This document shows, piece by piece, positions 10,469 through 20,828 of a DNA stretch of 32,000 bases. Location: contig CP042461.1 of the NCBI GenBank assembly GCA_004563595.2, positions 1-32,000 on the forward strand, written 5' to 3'. Source of the stretch: Candidatus Saccharimonadota bacterium. Lineage in GTDB: Bacteria; Patescibacteriota; Gracilibacteria; BD1-5; UBA6164. Both the position numbers and the translations under genes were made by a program. Numbering within the stretch: position 1 is the stretch's first letter; each line of letters begins with the position of its first letter. Below the pieces are notes generated by a model that worked only from the letters and a program-made list of their open reading frames with translations, was not told where the DNA came from and searched no databases.

Positions 10469-11958
10469 GTTGATTGTTCTTTTTTTTGTCCACCTTGAAA
10501 GTACATCACTAAAAATATAAGAATCACAAAGTATAGTATTTCTAAATAATTTTTATATATTCAGAAATCAATTTTCAAAAGAGCCCATTCTATATTTCAA
10601 AAAAAATGAACCATCATGATGTCAAACTTGAGAAAAATCCATGTGAAGTACGCTATAATACTTCAAACAAGAGGAAATATAAAATAGACAATGATAGACA
10701 AAAATCATAATATCATAGCAATAGGGATAGTCCATGTAACTGCGATATTAGCAAAGGGTGCTAATAATGATACTTGTCAAAAATTGAAGATCATTATTGG
10801 AAGTGTAAAACTCAAAGCTCACATAGTGAGAACAAAAGCCTCTCTTATTGAAAGAGTATCAGGTAAAAAATAAAATATTTTTTTAAAGAAATTTTGAGTA
10901 TATACAATTCATATAACAGCTAAAAAGCTCAGATGCAGAGACACATCATAATTTAAACTGAGAGGGGAAAATGGGATCATTACTATTGCTGTAAGTAGTA
11001 TTATAGACAATGAATTCCCTTTTCTTCCAGACATTAATATATAATATCATACGAGTCACATAATAGATGCTCGAATTACAGGAGCATTCTCTCATACTAA
11101 GATAGTAAAAAAGGAAATGAATATTGTTATAAAAAATATTCTTATAAAAATTGGAAAATACTGTAAGATAAATGCGAGAAATATTATGAGTATAGTAATA
11201 TTAAATCAACTCACAGCTATGAAGTGAGTAAGTCACGAATTATTAAAGTCAGTTTTAAGAGAATCAGGTAAATTTTCTCTCGCTCAAATAAGAATTCATC
11301 ATAAAAATATAGCTTCTTCTGAGGGGTATATTTGATGAATCGTCTCTAAAAATTTATTTCTTATATAATATATTCATTCTAGTATTTTATGAGATTTTTG
11401 TATCTTTATTATTTCAAAACTATTCAAGTAAGACTTAAAATATATGTCTTTTGAAAGCATATAGTTTTTATATTGAAATTCAGGAGAGTTATGCAAGGCG
11501 TAGAGTTTTACTTGAGATTCTATGATATATCATTTTTCTGGTTTTAGATTAAAGGGGATAATAATAATTGCCTTTATATTTGAAAGGACCTTTAAGTCTT
11601 CAATTTGACTTACATTTGCTATATATTCTCTATTAAACTCACCTACTTTATGAAGATTTTCTATTTCAAATGTAACATTATGTTTATTGTTATTTAAATA
11701 CACACTTAAATGCTCTTGGTTTCAACTTATATGTGAAAGAGTATTCATAGACATAAATATTCATATAAGAGCTCATAGAGAGATACAAATGATATTCAGA
11801 AAGTATTTTTGAATATATATATATAGATTTAAAAAAAGTACTACAAAAAATAGTAGTACTAGTAGTGAAAGGTTTTCTTCCTTCAGGACATTGTTCAGAA
11901 AGATTCCTATGAGGAATGAAATAGAAAAGAGTATAAAAAAAGTATTTTTTGATAACAT
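10465..11958 (-). CDS. comEC: ComEC/Rec2 family DNA-uptake channel protein (core competence domain only)
   Basis: ATG (complement of 11956-11958) to TAA (complement of 10465-10467), 497 aa, polytopic. Segment LPDSLKTDFNNSGLTHFIAVSGFNITILIIFL matches the ComEC competence-domain motif (GxSHLLAISGLH-like). I saw no HxHxDH metallo-beta-lactamase motif in my translation. Confidence 0.72.
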
Positions 11959-11971
11959 TAGAAAAGTAAGG

Positions 11972-12766
11972 CTATGAAATTAGAGTAGTATCTTTATTTG
12001 AGGAGCTATTTTTTGATATATAATATAATTTATATGTACAAAATATAATTAAAAATATACTAAATAGTTGAGTTATATTCATTCAGACTGCCTCTTTTAG
12101 TATATCGCTTTTTCAACTAAAAAAGTCAAATATCAATAAAATTGAAGCCATTGCAGTTAGTCATGTATATCAAAGAAGTCATCTTATATGAATATACATA
12201 GAAAGAATGTATAATATAGAGAACAGTATAAAATATAATATTGAATATATAATAGGAAGTGGAAAAATTGGTACTTGAAAAGGAATAGGTGTAAATGAGT
12301 GTGTATAGAGTACTTCTATACCAAAGTGTGTATCTATTCAATAGACTTGTCCTCAAAGAATAGCTCAGGCAAAACCAATAAAAAGTATGAAAATAAATGA
12401 GAGAACCAAAGTGTCTATATATTTTTCTAATTCTTCTTTTCTAATTCTTAGGTTAATAATAAGAACAACAAAAAATCATATGAATGCTCATACAAGTGAG
12501 AAATTATAGTCATTCATTATGAAAAAATCAAAGGGGTCTTTTATGTATTTTAACTCATTCCATTTTCAAATTACGTAAAAGAGCCTTGAAAACATAAATA
12601 CAGAAAGAAAATACCAGAGTATATTTTGAGAAAAAATAGAAAAATCGCTCGCAAGCTTTATTGATAGTTTTTTTAGCATCCATATAAACAAAAGAAAGCA
12701 AAGAGTGAGTGTTAATCAAAAAGTATAAATTCTAAAGTCAGAAAATAGTTCAAAGAAGGGAAACAC
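11972..12766 (-). CDS. lgt: Prolipoprotein diacylglyceryl transferase-like membrane protein
   Basis: The frame is open from GTG (complement of 12764-12766) to TAG (complement of 11972-11974), 264 aa. Segments: FPFFELFSDFRIYTFGLTLTLCFLLFIWML, FSLVGAFIGFFVVLI, LFIGFAGAILGGQVYGIDTHFG, FPLPIIYSILYF, ILLIFDFFSGKSD. These parallel Lgt blocks. No in-frame ATG lies near the N-terminus, so the GTG start is an inference. Confidence 0.6.
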
Positions 12767-12785
12767 AGTAATTAAATTACGAATT

Positions 12786-12852
12786 AAAAAAAACGAATTA
12801 CGTTATTTATTTTATTCATATTTTTATGAATGTAAATTCGTAATTCGTTTTT
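12786..12852 (-). terminator. efp terminator or attenuator: 10-bp stem enclosing a second hairpin, then a T-run on the minus strand
   Basis: acgaattacg (12793-12802) pairs with cgtaattcgt (12839-12848). The inner hairpin is attcata/tatgaat (12814-12831). The A-run 12786-12792 reads as a T-run after the hairpin on the minus strand. Confidence 0.55.
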
Positions 12853-12861
12853 CCTTCTTAA

Positions 12862-13419
12862 TTATGCTCTTGATCTATATTCTTTTGTTTTGGTATCAAC
12901 GATAAGTTTATCACCAATATTTATAAAGAGAGGAACTTGTATAATAAGTCACGTAATAAGTGTAGCAGGTTTCTTTCACCCTGTTGCAGTGTCTCACTTT
13001 TCTCCAGGTGGAGTATCTGTTACTTCTAGGATAGCAGTAGATTCAAGAGTAATATTTATTGGAGACCCATTGAATTCTTGAAGAGTTACTTTATCTCCAT
13101 CTATAAGAAATAACTCTGCCCCATCAAGAGCTTTTTTTGCGAGAGATACTTGTTCATAACTTGTTGTATCCATAAAATAATAATTTTCACCATCATTATA
13201 TAAGTAATCATAATTACTTGATCTGATATCAGCAGGTTCAAATCTATCATTATCAGAAAAAGTTTTTGGAATGTTTGCTCCAGTTATGAGGTTTTTCGCT
13301 TTAATATTTATGATTGATCCACCTCTTCCCATTACCTTTTGAGCATAACTCACTACTTGGAAAGGTTCTCAGTTCATTAAAAATCTTTTCCCTACTTTTA
13401 GGTCGTTTCAGTTGTACAT
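12862..13419 (-). CDS. efp: Translation elongation factor P
   Basis: ATG (complement of 13417-13419) to TAA (complement of 12862-12864), 185 aa. Translation MYNGNDLKVGKRFLMNGEPFQVVSYAQKVMGRGGSIINIKAKNL...; the remainder matches ORF-track 12994..13353 and continues through TGA. Confidence 0.9.
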
Positions 13420-13458
13420 TTTTTTGATTAAAATAATAATAACTTTTCTCTTGAGGCC

Positions 13459-14943
13459 TTATTTTGCGAATTCAATCACTCTTGATTCTCTGATGAGGTT
13501 TACTTTTACTTCACCAGGATATGAAAGTTTTTCTTGTATATTATCAGCTATATCTCTTGCCATTTCTTGTGCTTGGAGGTCTGATACAGTAGCAGCTTCT
13601 ACAAAGACTCTGATCTCTCTTCATGCTGATAGGGCATATGCCTTACTTACTCATGAAAAGCTTTGTACGAGAGCTTCCATTTCTTGTACTCTTTTCAGAT
13701 AGTCTTCTATAATTTCTCTTCTTGCTCCTGGTCTTACAGATGAAATTGCATCAGCAACTTGCACAATTGCAGCTTCAAGAGATATAGAAAATTGTTCTCC
13801 GTGGTGATTCTCTATCATATCAACGAGCTTTTCATCAAGTTTAAATTTTCTCCCTAGTTTTGCTCATAATTCTGGATGAGTTCATTCTAGTTCTTGATCA
13901 AGTGCTTTTCCAATATCATGGAGAAGTCCACCAGTTTTACATAATTGTGGGTCCGCTCATAAGTCTCTTGCAAGACTTTCTGCTATGAGTGCAACCTCTT
14001 TTGAATGCTTTAATATATTTTGACCATAACTGGTTCTAAATCTTAGTTTTCAAATGATTGGAATGATTTCCTCAGGCATATTGTTAATACCAAGCTCATC
14101 AAGTACTTTATTTCAAAGTTCTTTTAGAAGTACATCGGCTTCTCTTTCTGTTGTTTCCACTACCTCTTCAATTCTGGCAGGTTGAATCCTTCCATCTTCA
14201 ATCAATTTTTCAAGTGATTTTTTCGCGATATATCTTCTAAATAAATCAAAAGCTGATATGAATACTGAGTTTGGAGTATCATCTATAATAAGAGCTACTC
14301 ATGCAGCCTTTTCAAATGTAGTGATATTTCTTCCTTCTTTTCCTATAAGTTTTCACTTTACGTCATCTGAAGGGATTTCAATCATAGTTGTAGTTACCTC
14401 AGAAGTCACATCTCAAGCGTATTGTTGAATAGATTTGAGTATAATTTCTCTTGCGGCTTCTTTTTTTGTGTCTTCAGTTTTCTTTTTATATTTTTTTATG
14501 AGATCCATAGCATCATCTTGATATCTTTCCTTTATATCAGTAAGGAAGAGTTCGCGAGCCTGTTTCTCAGAGAGTTTTGCTATTTCAGAGAGTTTTCATT
14601 CAAGTTCTTCTTTGAGAGACCTGATATGTTCATTTTTTTCTTTAAGCTCATCTTCTCTTTGGGCAAGCCTATCATATTTTTCTTCTATTTGCTCAAGCTT
14701 ATTTTCTATTTTTTCTTCTCTTTCTAAAATTCTTTCTTCTATTCTTTCTGCCTTTGCAATAATTTCTGTTGCTTCTCTTCTTGTTGTATCTAAAACTTTT
14801 TCTTTGTCTTGTTGCGCATCTTTTAATATTTTCGATGCATTTGATGTTGCCTTATTCGTTTTCCTGTTTTCCCAAACAAAAAATAGGACAACTGAGAGAG
14901 CCATTCAAAAAATAACTCACATTATAAGTAGTCAGTAGTTCAT
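13459..14943 (-). CDS. rny: Ribonuclease Y (TM anchor, coiled coil, KH and HD domains)
   Basis: ATG (complement of 14941-14943) to TAA (complement of 13459-13461), 494 aa. N-terminal anchor [24 protein letters not shown] segment [22 protein letters not shown] segment [14 protein letters not shown]...IENHHGE. Confidence 0.9.
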
Positions 14944-15172
14944 TCTTTTATGTTATATATTTAAATATAATAACCAGTATCTTTAAAAATACACAAAAAA
15001 CACCTGTTTTCTGCTTTTCTATTTTCTGAAAATGTATGATTGTTTTGAGAAAATCCTTTTTTCTAAAGACTTAATTTTTATTAGAGTTGATATTTCTATC
15101 AAGTTTTGGTTTAATTTATTGTATCACTTGGTTTTGGATACCTTATTAGTTTAAGTATTTTTGGAAAAAAGC

Positions 15173-15212
15173 AACAAAAAAAATAAACTCACATTTTGTG
15201 AGTTTATTTTTC
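15173..15212 (-). terminator. Rho-independent terminator of fusA
   Basis: Stem aaataaactcac / gtgagtttattt (15181-15209). The A-run at 15173-15180 becomes the trailing T-run on the minus strand. Confidence 0.7.
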
Positions 15213-15221
15213 ATTTGTCTA

Positions 15222-17366
15222 TTAATCATCTTCAGGTAAAGAGAATCCTCTTTCTTCTCTAATCTTAGTAGCAACATTTGTTGGAACTTCTTCGTAATGA
15301 TCGAATTCCATAGCATATGTAGCCCTTCATTGAGAAGCTGATCTCAGATCAGTCATGTACCCAAACATTTCAGATAATGGAACGTAAGCAGTAATAATTT
15401 TAGCTTGCCCTCTATCACCCATTTCTTCAATTCTCCCTCTTTTTGAGTTTAATTGACCAATTACATCACCCATATATTCTTCAGGTGTATTTACCTCAAC
15501 TTTCATGATTGGTTCAAGTAAACATGCTTGACCTTTTCTACATGCTTCTTGGAAAGCCTTTCATGCAGCAAGTTTAAATGATAATTCAGATGAATCTACT
15601 TCATGGAATGAACCAAATGTAAGAGTAGCTCTGATATCAACCATTTGATAACCAGCTAAGAAACCTCTATTATATGCTTCTTTTAACCCTTTTTGAACAC
15701 CAGGAATATATTCTTTTGGAATTGTTCAACCAACAACTTTGTTTACAAACTTATTCATTGGTTTTTCTTTGAGTTCATTTTTGATATCTTCTTCGTCCAT
15801 TTCTTTATATGGTTCAAATGTGATAACAACATGACCATATTGACCTCTACCACCAGTTTGTTTAGAGTATTTATGTTCTACATCTTTCGCAACATTTTTG
15901 ATTGTTTCTCTGTATGATACTTGTGGTTTCCCGACATTACATTCAACACTGAATTCTCTTTTCATTCTATCAACAATGATATCAAGGTGAAGTTCACCCA
16001 TACCAGATATAATAGTTTGAGCAGTTTCTTCATCAGTTCTTACTTTAAATGAAGGATCTTCCTCAGCAAGTTTAGATAGTGCCATACCCATTTTTTCTTG
16101 ATCAGCTTTTGTCTTTGGCTCAACAGATATTGATATAACTGGTTGAGGGAACTCAATTGATTCAACTAAGAATTTATCATTTAAGTCACAAAGTGTATCT
16201 CAAGTTTTTGTATCTTTTAAACCTACAACTGCACCAATATTACCTGCAGATATTTCTTGAATCTCTTCTCTTGAATTTGCATGCATTTGTAATAATCTTC
16301 AAACTCTTTCTTTTTTACCAGAAGTTGAATTGTAGATATATGAACCTGATTTTAATGTTCCTGAGTATACTCTTGTAAAAGTTAATCTTCATACAAATGG
16401 ATCAGTAGCAATTTTAAATGCAATTGCAGCAAGTGATGAATCAGTTGATATATCAAATACTTTTGATTCCTCTTTAGTGTCAATATCCATAACAGCTAAC
16501 TTACCTTCGTTAACATCCATTGGAGATGGTAAAAATTCAACAGCAGAGTCAATAACCATTTGAACACCGATATTTTGCAAAGCTGAACCACATACTACAG
16601 CATATAATTCATTAGCACATATAGCTTTTCTTAACCCTTTTTTAAGGTCAGCAATTTCTAAATCTCCATTTTCAAAATATTTTTCCATAAGAGCATCGTC
16701 CCCAGAGGCAACTTTTTCAACCATTTCTTCTCTAAGTTCTTCACATCTTGTTTTAATATCAGCTGGAATATCAATTTCAGTTATATTTTCACCTGAATTC
16801 CCTTCAAAATGGAATGCTTTCATTTCAATAAGATCAACTATCCCTTCAAAAGTTTCAGCAGCTCCAATAGGATATTGAATAGCAACTACTTTGTCACCAG
16901 CAAGTCTTTCTTTGATTGTTTTGATAGACATTTCAAAATCCCCACCCATTTTATCCATTTTATTTACAAAACAGATTCTAGGTACGTCATATTTATCAGC
17001 TTGTTTCCAAACTGTTTCTGATTGAGGTTCCACTCATTGTGATCCATCAAATACAGCAACTCAACCATCAAGAACTCTGAGAGATCTTTCAACTTCAATA
17101 GTAAAATCAACATGGCCTGGAGTATCTATGATATTAATTTGATGACCTTTCCAGAATGCAGTTGTAGCTGCAGAAGTAATAGTAATACCTCTTTCTTTTT
17201 CTTGTTCCATCCAATCCATTGTACCTTCTCCATCATGAGTTTCACCGATTTTATGAATTTTACCTGTATAGAAAAGAATCCTTTCCGTACATGTAGTTTT
17301 CCCAGCATCGATATGGGCAATGATCCCAATATTTCTTACCTTATCTAAAGGAGTAACTTTAGCCAT
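15222..17366 (-). CDS. fusA: Translation elongation factor G
   Basis: ATG (complement of 17364-17366) to TAA (complement of 15222-15224), 714 aa. Translation [69 protein letters not shown]...[24 protein letters not shown]-track pieces 17061..17366, 16389..17033 and 15726..16091 join in one frame through TGA codons. Confidence 0.95.
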
Positions 17367-17464
17367 ATATAAATATTAAATTTTAAAAGTGTATTTATGA
17401 AATCAAAAATATTTGCAAAGACCATAAAGTACTCGCAAATTTTATTTTTGTTTTTCGCGCGAAG

Positions 17465-17492
17465 ATTCTATCAATTAGTAGAGATAAGTCAA
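17465..17492 (-). promoter_or_regulatory. fusA promoter (extended -10) followed by a GC-rich discriminator/palindrome
   Basis: Minus strand reads TTGACT (complement of 17487-17492), 16 nt, TGaTAGAAT (TAGAAT is the complement of 17465-17470), then cTTCGCGCGAA (17454-17463). Confidence 0.6.
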
Positions 17493-17498
17493 GTTTTA

Positions 17499-18146
17499 TT
17501 ATATCTCTTCAATTTCTAATTTTTTTATTTCTTTTTCAACTTCAGACAAGATAAATTCTGATATATTAAAGGCTTTATCTACTGTAATATTGATGTTGAT
17601 TTCTTTCAAGAAAAATTCAAATACTTTACTGGTAAAAAGAATAATTTCATCTTTTTCATTGAGGTTATCAATAAGTTGCTGTGTTAATATTGATGAATAA
17701 TCATGAGAAACGATTAAAATCATATCTTCTACCCACCAGTTAATCCTGTTTTGTACGTCAACTGGGAGATGTTGGTCATCAAAATTGATTAATGCATCTG
17801 AATAATAGTTAAATGCTATTTTTTCTTTATCAGAAGCTTCTCTGATTTTATTTGATATTCATATGTGAATAAGTGAGATTATTCAGAGTAAAAAGTTTGA
17901 AGGGTATCATGAATGAAGAGACTTAAACAGATCTATCAGTACAGAATCATATTTTTTATCGATAATAATTTTTACCAAAAAACCAGCCAGTAAAAGATCA
18001 CTTTTCTTCGCTTTTTTCTCATCCTTTTGAGTTCTTTTTATCCCAGCTCCTGCTTTTTTTGCAGCCTCTTTAAATTTTTCTGAAATTTCAACGGATTGAG
18101 CTCATCATTCCGAGGATTCGGATAGTGTAATATCGTCTAAACCCAT
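17499..18146 (-). CDS. Hypothetical protein (215 aa)
   Basis: ATG (complement of 18144-18146) to stop at the complement of 17499-17501. ORF-track 17499..17723 extends upstream through TGA codons. N-terminus MGLDDITLSESSEGGAQSVEISEKFKEAAKKAGAGIKRTQKDEKKAKK, with one hydrophobic stretch LLLAGFLVKIII. No recognisable motif. Confidence 0.55.
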
Positions 18147-18174
18147 ATCTAATATTAAAGATTAATTGTGGATG

Positions 18175-18202
18175 ATTCTACTTGTTTTGGCCAATTATTC
18201 AA
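18175..18202 (-). promoter_or_regulatory. Candidate promoter for the 215-aa hypothetical gene
   Basis: Minus strand reads TTGAAT (complement of 18197-18202), 16 nt, TAGAAT (complement of 18175-18180). Confidence 0.4.
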
Positions 18203-18230
18203 AAGTTTTTGAAGAAGAATAGAATAAGAA

Positions 18231-19106
18231 TTATATCTCCACCTTTACACATCTAAAAATTTCTCAATTATCTTTATAATATTTAGGAGTAAATCAATGT
18301 TCTTCTAAATATTCTTTTGAATATTCATATTGATCAAAACCTATTTCTATAAATAGGATAAGTTTTTTTAAATGATATATCTTTTTGAGTTGAGTACATT
18401 CAAGAATAAGCCTTTCATAGAGTTCAAAACCTGTCTTTTTTCATCAATAGAGAGCAAGAGCTGGTTCATTTTGGACAACTGACTTGTCCATATTGTCAAA
18501 ATCATTGTCTTTAATATAAGGAAGGTTTGCTGTAATAATGGTATTGTGAGAGAGTTCAAAATCAGACTTATTTCATAGCAGGTCACTCAGTAAGTCTCCT
18601 TGGACTTGAGTTATCTTATTTCAAAATCAATGTTTATTAATATTTTTTTGACTGATCTCTAATGCAGTTTTTGATATATCAATAACATAGCAGTTGTGAA
18701 TATGCTGAGAGTTTTCTATAATAGAAATAGGAATACAGCTACTTCAGGTTCATACATCTATAATAGAAATACCTATTTCTTTTGTTTCTTGGTTGAGTTC
18801 ATTACTTATTTCATTGAGTACCTCATCTACCATAACTTCTGTATCATTCCTTGGAATGAGCACTCTTTCATCAATATAGAAATCTAGAGAATAAAATTCA
18901 GCTTTATGTAATATGTATTCAATTGGTTTTCCTGATTGTAATTGATGATAGTTTTTTGTGATTTCAGCAATATATTTTTCTTCAACCTCATCTGTCAAAA
19001 ATAACTGGCTTTTAGAGAAACCAGTTATTTTTAGTATTATTTTTTCGATTATGTTATCTGTAATTCATAGCTTTTTTCAAGCTGAGATTATTTCTAATTT
19101 ATTCAT
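18231..19106 (-). CDS. prmC: Release-factor glutamine N5-methyltransferase (HemK/PrmC family)
   Basis: ATG (complement of 19104-19106) to TAA (complement of 18231-18233), 291 aa. Segments EYILHKAEFYSLDFYIDERVLIPRNDTE, SAM motif IIDVGTGSSCI (Gly by TGA), and motif IV read as ANLPYI. Confidence 0.8.
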
Positions 19107-19108
19107 GA

Positions 19109-19870
19109 TTAATTTTCAAATTTCTTTCTATTAAAAATCAGTACTGAAAAGAACATAATCAGTGCTATATAAGTAAGGGCATAAAAGCTATTAAATATGA
19201 AAAAATTCGCATGAAAATTTTGAAAGCCTCAAATAACATCTTTTATATTTAATGCTTCAAGTGGGGGGAATAGGAGTTGTAATAAGTTTGTAAAGTTTAC
19301 TATGATATAGTTCTCTGCTCTTGTTGCGAGATCTAAAAGAAGAGAAAAGCTATGTGATAAAAGATATACCATTATTGAAATAAGTATAGTCAAGATGTTT
19401 GACATAAACGTGGAAAAGAAGAATACGAGAGCTAAGAGGATTTCTAGTTTAAAGAATGTGAAAAGAAGAGAAAAAATAATTAAATGATCTATCGCTATGC
19501 CTTTGAAGAATAACACGAATAAGAATAATATTGATTGTAATGCTACTATAAGAAAAATAGTAGATGAAAAACCAAAAAATTTTCAGACTATGAATTCATA
19601 CCTTTTTATTGGTTTCGAAAGAATAAGAAATATTGTCTTCCCTTCTACTTCCTTAAACAAAAGTTGGCTTCAGACAAATAATACTCATATGAGTCAAAAA
19701 ATTTCAATCATTGCGAGCCCGAAATCAACAATAATTTTATTATCATCACCAATAGTTAACTTCCCAAGTAAGAGAGAAAAAACTATAAACACAAATGCAA
19801 AAAATATAATTAAGTATAAAAATTTATTTCTTACTATTTCTTTAAATGTATTAAGCGCTATGTTGAACAT
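19109..19870 (-). CDS. ABC-2 type transporter permease-like membrane protein (no adjacent ATPase)
   Basis: ATG (complement of 19868-19870) to TAA (complement of 19109-19111), 253 aa. Translation MFNIALNTFKEIVRNKFLYLIIFFAFVFIV...FKEVEGKTIFLILSKPIKRYEFIVGKFFG is typical of NosY/ABC-2 permeases. About six TM helices. Confidence 0.55.
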
Positions 19871-20826
19871 GTTTCAAACTTATAATCTAAAAACTCTTTA
19901 TTTCCATTTATAAAACTATTTATATCCATAGATTTCTTTCATTCAAGTTTTATTTTTTTTAAAATGAGAATTCCAGGGTTACAGAGAATTCAAATATTTG
20001 TTTTTTCATTTTTTTCTATTTCTACAACTGCTCAAATTTGAAAAGTTTCATCATGGGTAAATTCATGCTCTTCTAAAATACACTCTTCAATGAGAATTTT
20101 TTTTCATTTATAGGAGCTAAAAATTCATGGCCATGTATTATATGCCCTATATGTATCATATATAGATTTTGCACTATCATTAAAGTCAATTTCTCCGTCT
20201 TCTTTGATTATTTTTGAACAATATGTCGCTTTTGAATCATTTTGCTTTTCTCACTTTATTGATCAATCTAATATTCACTCAAGAGTATTTATTAATAATG
20301 GAGCTCATATTTTTTCAAATTTATCAAAAATATTTTGAGTTTTGTCTAAAATGTCAATCTGTACCTTCTCTATTTTAAGTATATCTCATTCATCCATACC
20401 TTCTGACATGTACATAATTGTCAATCATGTCTCTATGTCTCAATTTTTGATCGATTCTTGGATCGGTGAAGCTCATCTATATGCAGGAAGGATACTTCAG
20501 TGAATATTGATACACGCATGCCTTGGTGCTTCTAGTACTTCATTTGGAACTATCTTTCAGTATGCTACTACTACAATAAAATCAAGTTCGCGATTTCTTA
20601 GAGTCTCAAAAAAAGCTTCATTATTTCTGAGTTTTTCTGGTTGTAATACAGGGATGTTATAGTGCTCAGCACAAATTTTTACAGGAGTTGGAGTGATGAC
20701 TTTTTTTCTTCAAATTGGTTTGTCAGGCTGAGATACTACTAATGAAACTTCAATTTCATTATACTTTAGTATTCAATCTAATATATTTTTAGAAAACTCT
20801 CAGGTTCCAAAAAATGCTATTTTCAT
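19858..20826 (-). CDS. fmt: Methionyl-tRNA formyltransferase
   Basis: ATG (complement of 20824-20826) to TAG (complement of 19858-19860), 322 aa. Translation MKIAFFGTGEFSKNILDGIL...DFIVVVAYGKIVP...CINIHGSILPAYRGASPIQESI. It overlaps the downstream permease start by 13 nt. Confidence 0.9.
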
Positions 20827-20828
20827 GT

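Noticed and set aside
12126-12356. ORF-track minus-strand ORF MRTSLLNRYTLWYRSTLY...
   Set aside because: It is the wrong frame of the lgt locus: Tyr/Ser/Thr-rich, low complexity, with a TTG start. The adjacent frame, read with TGA=Gly, gives a 264-aa Lgt-like membrane protein spanning 11972-12766.
15033-15155. 40-codon plus-strand ORF (MYDCFEKILFSKDL...) in the fusA-rny intergenic region
   Set aside because: It is on the opposite strand to both flanking genes, has no promoter or terminator of its own, and its composition is typical of AT-rich non-coding sequence. The region more likely holds the rny promoter and 5' UTR.
19497-19913. Long standard-code ORFs on the plus strand (19497..19913, 5287..5622, 14612..14938, 21750..22061, 14422..14727) and the minus-strand ORF 416..880
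   Set aside because: They are antisense or out-of-frame shadows of genes that become continuous with TGA=Gly (ABC-2 permease, mutL, rny, WecA-like, S41 peptidase). Their translations are low-complexity Ser/Phe/Ile/Leu-rich with no motifs, while the opposite frames give textbook conserved proteins.
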